Positions 25,780-32,000 of a stretch of 32,000 nucleotides of DNA are shown here, one piece after another. The stretch comes from Candidatus Arthromitus sp. SFB-mouse-Japan (lineage in GTDB: Bacteria > Bacillota > Clostridia > Clostridiales > Clostridiaceae): contig NC_015913.1 of assembly GCF_000270205.1 (NCBI RefSeq), positions 690,001 to 722,000 on the forward strand. The letters are read 5' to 3'. The position numbers were made by a program, and so were the translations under genes. Every line of letters starts with the position of its first letter. Positions within the stretch are counted from its first letter, which is position 1. Under the pieces are notes generated by a model. The model saw nothing but the letters and a program-made list of their open reading frames with translations, was not told where the DNA came from and made no database searches.

Positions 25780-28700
25780 ATGATTCTTAAATCAATAGAG
25801 ATAAGGGGATTTAAATCTTTTGCAGACTCAACTGAACTTATATTTAAACAAGGTATAACATCTGTGGTAGGACCGAATGGAAGTGGTAAGAGTAATATAG
25901 CAGATGCGATAAGATGGTGTTTAGGGGAACAAAGTGTAAAAAGTCTCAGGGGTGGGAAGATGGAAGATGTTATTTTTTCCGGAACTCAATATAGGAAACA
26001 ATTATCTTTGGCACAGGTGTCATTAATTATAGATAATTCGGAAAGGGAACTTCCAATAGATTATAGTACTGTTATAATATCTAGAAAATTATATAGATCT
26101 GGAGAGAGTGAATATTTAATAAATAATAAACCGTGTAAATTGAAAGATATAAATGGGTTATTTTTTGATACAGGTATCGGTAAGGAAGGTTATTCTTTAA
26201 TTGGACAAGGAAAGATAGATGTTATATTAAATGGAAATTCTAATGATAGAAGAGCTATAATTGAGGAGGCAATAGGTATAACTAAATATAAATTTAAGAA
26301 GGAAGAAGCATATAATAAAATTAATCATGCCAATGAAAATATTGTTAGGATTAATGATATGCTTTTTACATATGAAGAATATTTGGAACCATTAAAAATT
26401 GAGAGTGAAAAAGCTAGAAAATTTATAGATTTATCAAATGAACTTAAAGATTTGGAAATTTTAATTTTGTATAATAATTTATATGATATTCATGAAGAAA
26501 TACAGAGTATAAAAAGGGATATAAGTTACCATAATTTGAAATTAAGTGAATTAAGTAGCGAAAAAAGAATTATGGAAAATAAGAGGTATTCATTTGAAAA
26601 AGAATTTGAAAATCTGAAAATAATAGAGAAGAAAGATAAGAAGAAATATTATAAGATTAAGGATATTATACATAAAAATACAAATATTGTAAATCTTAAA
26701 AATAATGACATAAGTATACTTATTAATTCAAATAAGATATATGAGAAGCAGATTTATGAAAATAAATCTAAAATAGATAATATAATCCTTAGAGAAAATA
26801 TAATTAATAAAACAAGAGATGAATTGGAGAATGAATTTAATAGTATTCTATGTAATCTAGAGGAAAATAAAAAATTAAGCACGGATAATAGTATGACATT
26901 ACATAATTTAGAAAATAAGATTAATACTATTCTACTAGAAAAGAATAAAATTGTTAATATCAATAACAATATACAAAATAAAATTGAATTTATAAGAATG
27001 AGTTTTTCTAATATAGATAATGATAAGAAGGCATACTTAGATGAAAAACAGTTGATAGAAGATAGAATTAAAAAAATTGATAAAGATATAGAACATATAG
27101 AACATATTTTATATGATTTACATATTCGTGAAAGTGAAGTTAAAGTTTTATCTGAAAATTTATTAAATAGTATTGAAAAAGAAAACAAAAAAATAGAGAT
27201 AGTTGATAGTCAATTGAATGATTTAAATAAGGATGTAATAATAAGGCAGGCAAATCTTGATGCATTAAGAGGGCTTGATAGTATTTATGATGGATTTAAT
27301 AAATCTAGTAAAACTTTAATGAATGAAATTAATTCTGGTTCATTAATTAGATTCAAAGATAGATGTTTTATTATAGGAAATATTTTAGATACGGAAGAGA
27401 AATATACATCTGCTATTGAGACGGTTATTGGAGGACATATTTCTGACATAGTGATTGATGATTATGTTTTCGTAAATGATCTTATAAATCATCTTAAAGA
27501 GAATAATCTTGGGCGTGTTACATTTCATCCTTTAAATAGTGTTAGTAAATATAATATAAAATTTAATAATGAAGTTAAGTTGTATAAAGGATTTATAAAT
27601 TTTGCCATAAATTTAGTTAAGTATGATTCAAAATTTAGTAATATTATTAGTAATATCTTAGGAAATACAATTATTTGCGATAATATTGATAATGCATTAA
27701 ATATTGCTAAGAGTATAAATTTCTCTAATAGAATAGTTACTTTGGATTCCCAAATTATAAATTCTGGAGGATCTATTACAGGTGGATCAAGTTATTTTAA
27801 GAAATTTAATATACTTGGTAGACAACGGAAAATTTCAGTTGAGGAAGATGATATTAATAAGAAATTATTATATATATCTGAATTGAAAACTAAGTTAAGT
27901 AATTGTCATGATGTAAAAAATAATATACAGAGTGAGTTTGATATAAATAATAATTTATTAAAGGATATCACTATAGATATATTTAAGAAAAATGAAGAGT
28001 TAAAGAGATATATTGACTTAAGATCAAGAGATCTTAAAGAACTAGATAAGAAGAATATTGTATTGAATAATCTAGATGATATTTATAGTTCAAATGACGA
28101 GGAAATTAATAAGTTGAATTATGAATTGAATTTAAATAATGAGAAGTTTAGCGTTTTAGAAAATGATGAGAAAAATATAAGGATAGAATGTGAAAATTAT
28201 AAGAAGATAATTGAAGGTATGGAAAATGAAATTACAAATTATAAAATTAGGAAAGCAAAAATTGAAGAAAATATTTCAAATATTTATGATGAAAGCAAGA
28301 GAATTGCATTAGAAAAGAAAGATCTAATTTGTGCTAACGTTAAGATTAACGATAATATAAATTTAAATAATGTTAATATATTGAAAATTGAAGATAGTAT
28401 ACAAATTTTTAATAAGAGAATAGATAATTTAAACCAGAAATTTAATGAATATAATTTTGATTCCTATATATTAGATCAAAATAGGATACAACAAGATATA
28501 AAAAAATTAAATGGGGATATTAATGAACTGGATTTAAGTATACATAAAATCGAACATGATATTAATGTTTTAAATATTAAAAATACTAAAAAAGAAGTGG
28601 AATTTAACATAAATAATGATAACTTATTTGACAAATATTCTATCAATTTTGATACAAATGATGCAGAAAAGTACATAATAGATTCGAATGAACTTAGTAA

Positions 28701-29346
28701 GTATAGTATAAAAATGAAAAAGATAACTAGTGATATAAGTGATTTAGGGAATATAAATATTAAGTCTATTGAGGAATATGAAGCACTTAATGATAAAGTA
28801 AACTTTATCACTAGACAGAAGGAAGATTTAGAAAAGAGTAAAATGGAGCTTGAGGATTTTATTAAAAATATAACATCAGAAATGCGGAATATGTTTAATC
28901 AAAGTTTTAAGCTCATAAATGAAAATTTTAATTTTACATTTAAAGAATTATTTAAGGGTGGAAGTGCACAACTTTTATTAGGAGATGGGGATGAATTAGA
29001 AAGTGATATTGAAATAATCGTGCAACCACCAGGTAAGAAACTTCAAAATATTAATTTATTGTCGGGTGGTGAAAAAGGACTTTCTGCAATATCTCTTTTA
29101 TTTGCGATTTTAAAGTTAAAACCTGTTCCATTTTGTGTTTTAGACGAAATTGAGGCTGCACTTGATGATAATAATGTTATTAAGTTTTCTACATTTTTAA
29201 AACAATATTCTTCTAACGTACAATTTATAGTTATAACTCATAGGAAGCCTACAATGGAGGCAAGTGATGTTATCTATGGTGTTACTATGGAAGAAAAGGG
29301 TGTATCTAAGGTGGTATCGATTAATTTAGCCAATTATAATACATAG
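25780..29346 (+). CDS. smc: Chromosome segregation protein SMC
   Basis: 1188 aa. The N-terminus is MILKSIEIRGFKSFA with Walker A GPNGSGKSN. Long coiled coils flank a hinge (..SGGSITGGS..). The C-terminus has the signature LSGGEKGL and Walker B CVLDEIEAALD. Confidence 0.97.
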   Translation: MILKSIEIRGFKSFADSTELIFKQGITSVVGPNGSGKSNIADAIRWCLGEQSVKSLRGGKMEDVIFSGTQYRKQLSLAQVSLIIDNSERELPIDYSTVIISRKLYRSGESEYLINNKPCKLKDINGLFFDTGIGKEGYSLIGQGKIDVILNGNSNDRRAIIEEAIGITKYKFKKEEAYNKINHANENIVRINDMLFTYEEYLEPLKIESEKARKFIDLSNELKDLEILILYNNLYDIHEEIQSIKRDISYHNLKLSELSSEKRIMENKRYSFEKEFENLKIIEKKDKKKYYKIKDIIHKNTNIVNLKNNDISILINSNKIYEKQIYENKSKIDNIILRENIINKTRDELENEFNSILCNLEENKKLSTDNSMTLHNLENKINTILLEKNKIVNINNNIQNKIEFIRMSFSNIDNDKKAYLDEKQLIEDRIKKIDKDIEHIEHILYDLHIRESEVKVLSENLLNSIEKENKKIEIVDSQLNDLNKDVIIRQANLDALRGLDSIYDGFNKSSKTLMNEINSGSLIRFKDRCFIIGNILDTEEKYTSAIETVIGGHISDIVIDDYVFVNDLINHLKENNLGRVTFHPLNSVSKYNIKFNNEVKLYKGFINFAINLVKYDSKFSNIISNILGNTIICDNIDNALNIAKSINFSNRIVTLDSQIINSGGSITGGSSYFKKFNILGRQRKISVEEDDINKKLLYISELKTKLSNCHDVKNNIQSEFDINNNLLKDITIDIFKKNEELKRYIDLRSRDLKELDKKNIVLNNLDDIYSSNDEEINKLNYELNLNNEKFSVLENDEKNIRIECENYKKIIEGMENEITNYKIRKAKIEENISNIYDESKRIALEKKDLICANVKINDNINLNNVNILKIEDSIQIFNKRIDNLNQKFNEYNFDSYILDQNRIQQDIKKLNGDINELDLSIHKIEHDINVLNIKNTKKEVEFNINNDNLFDKYSINFDTNDAEKYIIDSNELSKYSIKMKKITSDISDLGNINIKSIEEYEALNDKVNFITRQKEDLEKSKMELEDFIKNITSEMRNMFNQSFKLINENFNFTFKELFKGGSAQLLLGDGDELESDIEIIVQPPGKKLQNINLLSGGEKGLSAISLLFAILKLKPVPFCVLDEIEAALDDNNVIKFSTFLKQYSSNVQFIVITHRKPTMEASDVIYGVTMEEKGVSKVVSINLANYNT

Positions 29347-29361
29347 AAGGGGAAATAAGTA

Positions 29362-30270
29362 ATGTTAAATAATTTTTTCTCAAAATTGAAAGATAGTTTA
29401 ACGAAGACTAAGGAAAATTTTACAGATAAATTAAATTCTATATTGGGATTAGCTATAACTATAGATGATGATTTATATGAGGAAATTGAGGAAATGTTAA
29501 TTTTAGGAGATATAGGTATAGATGTTTCATGTGATATTATAGAAAAACTAAAAACTATAGTACGTGAAAGAAAAATTAAGGATCCTAATATGATTAAGCC
29601 TGTTATAAAGGAAATTATATTGGATATGTTGAATGAATCAGTTGATATAACTCAAGAGAAATTTCCTAAGATAATAATAATGATAGGTATAAATGGAGTA
29701 GGTAAAACAACTAGCATAGGTAAGATGGCTAATTATTTTAAAAATAATAATAAAGATGTTGTTATTGCTGCAGGAGATACTTTTAGGGCAGCAGCAATTG
29801 ATCAATTGCAAGTTTGGGCTGATCGAGTTGATGTTAAAATGATACGACATAATCAAGGTTCCGATCCTTCAGCGGTTATTTTTGATGCAATAAAATCATT
29901 TAAATCTAAAAATTCAGATGTTTTGATTTGTGATAGTGCTGGGAGGTTGCATAATAAGAAGAATTTAATGAATGAATTAAGGAAGATGAACAGAATAATA
30001 GAAAATGAATGTAATGATGTTGATAGAGAAATATATCTGGTTTTGGATGCAACGACTGGACAAAATGCTTTAAATCAAGCTATAGAGTTTAAAGAAGTTG
30101 CAAACATTACAGGGATTATTTTGACTAAACTTGATGGAACTGCAAAAGGGGGAATGATCATTTCAATTAAAAATAAACTAGCTATACCAGTTAAGTATAT
30201 AGGTACTGGTGAAGGAATTGATGATATTCAACCGTTTAATGCAGAAGAGTTTGTTGATGCTTTAATATAA
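29362..30270 (+). CDS. ftsY: Signal recognition particle receptor FtsY
   Basis: NG domain with GINGVGKTTSIGK, CDSAGRLHNK and LTKLDGTAKGG. The short N-terminus is typical of Firmicutes. Confidence 0.95.
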   Translation: MLNNFFSKLKDSLTKTKENFTDKLNSILGLAITIDDDLYEEIEEMLILGDIGIDVSCDIIEKLKTIVRERKIKDPNMIKPVIKEIILDMLNESVDITQEKFPKIIIMIGINGVGKTTSIGKMANYFKNNNKDVVIAAGDTFRAAAIDQLQVWADRVDVKMIRHNQGSDPSAVIFDAIKSFKSKNSDVLICDSAGRLHNKKNLMNELRKMNRIIENECNDVDREIYLVLDATTGQNALNQAIEFKEVANITGIILTKLDGTAKGGMIISIKNKLAIPVKYIGTGEGIDDIQPFNAEEFVDALI

Positions 30271-30304
30271 AAATGTCAAGTTATTTTACTTGACATTTTT
30301 TTTT
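30271..30304 (+). terminator. Rho-independent terminator after ftsY
   Basis: Perfect 11-bp stem AAATGTCAAGT / ACTTGACATTT with loop TATTTT. The T-run (T9) begins inside the right arm of the stem and continues past it. Confidence 0.85.
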
Positions 30305-30317
30305 GTGCTGATATAAT
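30290..30317 (+). promoter_or_regulatory. Near-consensus sigma-A promoter for ylxM-ffh (extended -10)
   Basis: TTGACA (30290-30295, inside the terminator's right arm), a 16-nt spacer, then TGaTATAAT (-10 hexamer at 30312-30317). The ylxM ATG is at 30328. Confidence 0.6.
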
Positions 30318-30327
30318 GAAATAGATA

Positions 30328-30666
30328 ATGGATAAGAAAGATTTGAAAAATAGAAATGAAATTATATTGCTTATAGATATCTATGGAGAGTTATTGACGG
30401 AGAAGCAAAGGAAAATTCTTGAGCTCTATTTTTTTGATGATTTTGCATTAGTTGAGATAGCATCTATTAATAAATCGAGTCGCCAGTCTATACTGTATTC
30501 TATTAATAAGAGTATCGAACAGTTGTATAGTTTTGAGGAAAAGTTAAAAGTATTGGAAAGAGATAGGGAGCTGGATAATAAAAAAGATCAGTTAATAGAA
30601 AAATTAGAAGAGTTTTTGGATTTTAGTTTAAATCAGGAATTATATAATTTTATTCAAAATTTATAG
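30328..30666 (+). CDS. ylxM: YlxM/p13-like putative DNA-binding protein (UPF0122, sigma-70 region-4-like HTH)
   Basis: 112 aa. ..IDIYGELLTEKQRKILELYFFDDFALVEIAS.. matches the YlxM family, and the position immediately upstream of ffh is conserved. Confidence 0.85.
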   Translation: MDKKDLKNRNEIILLIDIYGELLTEKQRKILELYFFDDFALVEIASINKSSRQSILYSINKSIEQLYSFEEKLKVLERDRELDNKKDQLIEKLEEFLDFSLNQELYNFIQNL

Positions 30667-30680
30667 ATTGGAGGTAGGGT

Positions 30681-32000
30681 ATGGCTTTTGATGGTTTAGC
30701 GAGTAAGCTTCAAGGTGTTTTTAAAAAACTCAGAGGTAAAGGTAAGTTGTCAGAACAAGATATAAAACTTGCTATGCGTGAAGTTAAGTTAGCCTTGCTT
30801 GAATCGGATGTTAACTATAGGGTTGTTAAGACATTCATAAGCAGTGTTAGTGAAAAGTCCTTGGGTAAAGAAGTGTTGGAAAGTTTAACTCCTGCACAAC
30901 AAGTTATAAAAATTGTAAATGATGAACTTAAAGCTATAATGGGAAATGATCAAAGCAAGTTAAACTACAATGTTAATGGTACTACTATTATAATGCTTGT
31001 TGGTCTTCAAGGAGCTGGTAAAACTACTATGGCTGCTAAACTTTCTCTTTATTGTAGAAAGTCAGGTAAGACTCCTCTTATGATTGCATGCGATGTATAT
31101 AGGCCTGCTGCAGTTAAGCAATTAGAGGTGTTGGGAAATCAAATTAATATACCAGTATTTTCAATACCAGACAGCAAAGATCCTTTATATATTGTTAAAA
31201 AAGGTCTTGAAGAAGCTGAAAAAAATATGAACAATGTTGTTATTATTGATACAGCAGGACGTTTACATATTGATGATGCGCTTATGAATGAGTTGAAAGA
31301 AATAAAGGAACTTTCAGATCCTTCTGAAATATTGATGGTCATTGATTCGATGATTGGTCAAGAATCTGTAAATATAGCAGAGACATTTAATGATAAATTA
31401 GATGTTACGGGTTTTGTTTTAACCAAATTGGATGGAGATACTCGTGGTGGGGTAGCACTGTCTATAAAAGAGGTTATTGGAAAGAATATTAAATTTATTG
31501 GTGTTGGTGAAAAGATTGGTGACTTGGAAGTGTTCCATCCTGATCGAATGGCATCTAGGATTTTAGGAATGGGCGATGTCTTATCGTTGATTGAGAAGGC
31601 TCAAGAAGCTATTGATCAAGATGAGGCACAGAAACTTAGTGAGAGAATGCTTGCTAATGAGTTTAATTTTGAAGATTTTAAGAGTGCTATGCAACAAATG
31701 AAGAAAATAGGTTCTTTTTCAAAAATACTTCAAATGATACCAGGTTTTGGAAATTCTATGAAGGAACTGAAAAATATAAATTTAGATGATAGTGAAAAAG
31801 AGTTATGTAAAATTGAAGCTATTATTAATTCGATGACGATAAAAGAGAGGAAAAATCCAAAATTGCTCATGGGTTCGGCATCAAGAAAATCTAGGATAGC
31901 AAAAGGTTCTGGAAGTACAGTTAATCAAGTTAACAAGCTTATAAAAGATTTTGAAAATATGAGTAAAATGATGAAACAATTTAAAGGAATGGCTGGAAAA
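30681..32000 (+). CDS. ffh: Signal recognition particle protein Ffh (partial, runs off the window end)
   Basis: It is not in the ORF track because no stop falls in the window. ATG 30681 lies 7 nt after the SD GGAGG. The translation MAFDGLASKLQGVFKKLRGKGKLSEQDI.., GLQGAGKTT, DTAGRLHID and TKLDGDTRGG, plus the start of the M domain, all fit Ffh. 440 codons are open to the edge. Confidence 0.95.
   Translation, partial: MAFDGLASKLQGVFKKLRGKGKLSEQDIKLAMREVKLALLESDVNYRVVKTFISSVSEKSLGKEVLESLTPAQQVIKIVNDELKAIMGNDQSKLNYNVNGTTIIMLVGLQGAGKTTMAAKLSLYCRKSGKTPLMIACDVYRPAAVKQLEVLGNQINIPVFSIPDSKDPLYIVKKGLEEAEKNMNNVVIIDTAGRLHIDDALMNELKEIKELSDPSEILMVIDSMIGQESVNIAETFNDKLDVTGFVLTKLDGDTRGGVALSIKEVIGKNIKFIGVGEKIGDLEVFHPDRMASRILGMGDVLSLIEKAQEAIDQDEAQKLSERMLANEFNFEDFKSAMQQMKKIGSFSKILQMIPGFGNSMKELKNINLDDSEKELCKIEAIINSMTIKERKNPKLLMGSASRKSRIAKGSGSTVNQVNKLIKDFENMSKMMKQFKGMAGK

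Noticed and set aside
25763-25816. Exact 12-mer GGGGATTTAAAT at the smc ribosome-binding region (25763-25774) and again 42 nt downstream in codons 9-13 (25805-25816)
   Set aside because: The second copy simply encodes the conserved SMC N-terminal RGFKS motif, and the first provides the SD. I can attach no mechanism to the pair, so coincidence is the most economical reading.
27088-27105. Tandem 9-bp repeat ATAGAACAT x2 in smc (encodes IEHIEH)
   Set aside because: It is a short in-frame duplication within a low-complexity coiled coil and is not a meaningful repeat element.
26754-28811. Minus-strand ORFs of 144 aa and 111 aa inside smc
   Set aside because: They are antisense to the SMC coiled-coil region. 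The repetitive K/E/N/I codon content of the sense strand naturally leaves long stop-free antisense frames.
29932-29946. The FtsY G3 motif reads DSAGR instead of the canonical DTAGR (Ffh keeps DTAGR)
   Set aside because: This is a conservative Thr-to-Ser change in an otherwise intact NG domain and is unlikely to be functionally meaningful without further evidence.
1-32000. Whole-window scan for CRISPR repeats, IS or transposase ends, integrases, phage genes, tRNA/rRNA/tmRNA, and toxin-antitoxin or defence gene pairs
   Set aside because: I could not see any of these. There are no regularly spaced repeats, no GC-rich structured-RNA islands apart from terminators, and every large ORF has a housekeeping or metabolic assignment.

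Overview
This is a very AT-rich chromosomal segment (about 70% A+T by eye, not computed). The protein sequences look like those of an endospore-forming, flagellated member of the Clostridia, probably Clostridiaceae-like; species cannot be determined from the window. I support 31 conventional protein-coding genes, including partial genes at both edges, plus two unannotated candidate small ORFs, nearly all on the + strand. In order they are: the 3' end of a purine-permease-like gene; guaA; a lipoprotein (-); an isolated flagellin gene; a phnD-phnC-phnE-phnE ABC importer fused into an operon with a cytoplasmic 5'-nucleotidase-family metallophosphoesterase; an aldo/keto reductase plus DUF871 (MupG-like) pair; a convergent fruK-fruA fructose PTS operon (-); the conserved Firmicute block nusB-xseA-xseB-ispA-tlyA-nadK-argR-recN-spoIVB-spo0A; a small variable patch (basic membrane protein (-), deoC, SGNH hydrolase and the two candidate small ORFs); then smc-ftsY-ylxM-ffh, with ffh running off the end. 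Nine clear stem-loop terminators punctuate the operons. I found no CRISPR array, transposase or IS, prophage, tRNA or rRNA, and no recognisable defence or toxin system. The window is mostly core housekeeping, and I do not see convincing evidence of a new multi-gene system. The most interesting items are: (1) the phn-type importer coupled to an intracellular phosphoesterase with no C-P cleavage genes in the window; (2) an orphan flagellin with an intact TLR5-type motif and an unrecognisable middle domain; (3) a sigma-H-like promoter with a perfect Spo0A box in front of spo0A, which moves the start codon; (4) a consensus promoter inside the ftsY terminator that predicts a nearly leaderless, SD-less ylxM mRNA; (5) the absence of folD and dxs from an otherwise conserved synteny block; (6) the uncharacterised small and basic membrane ORFs between spo0A and smc. 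All functional calls rest on motifs I recognise by eye and on remembered family knowledge; no database search was run.
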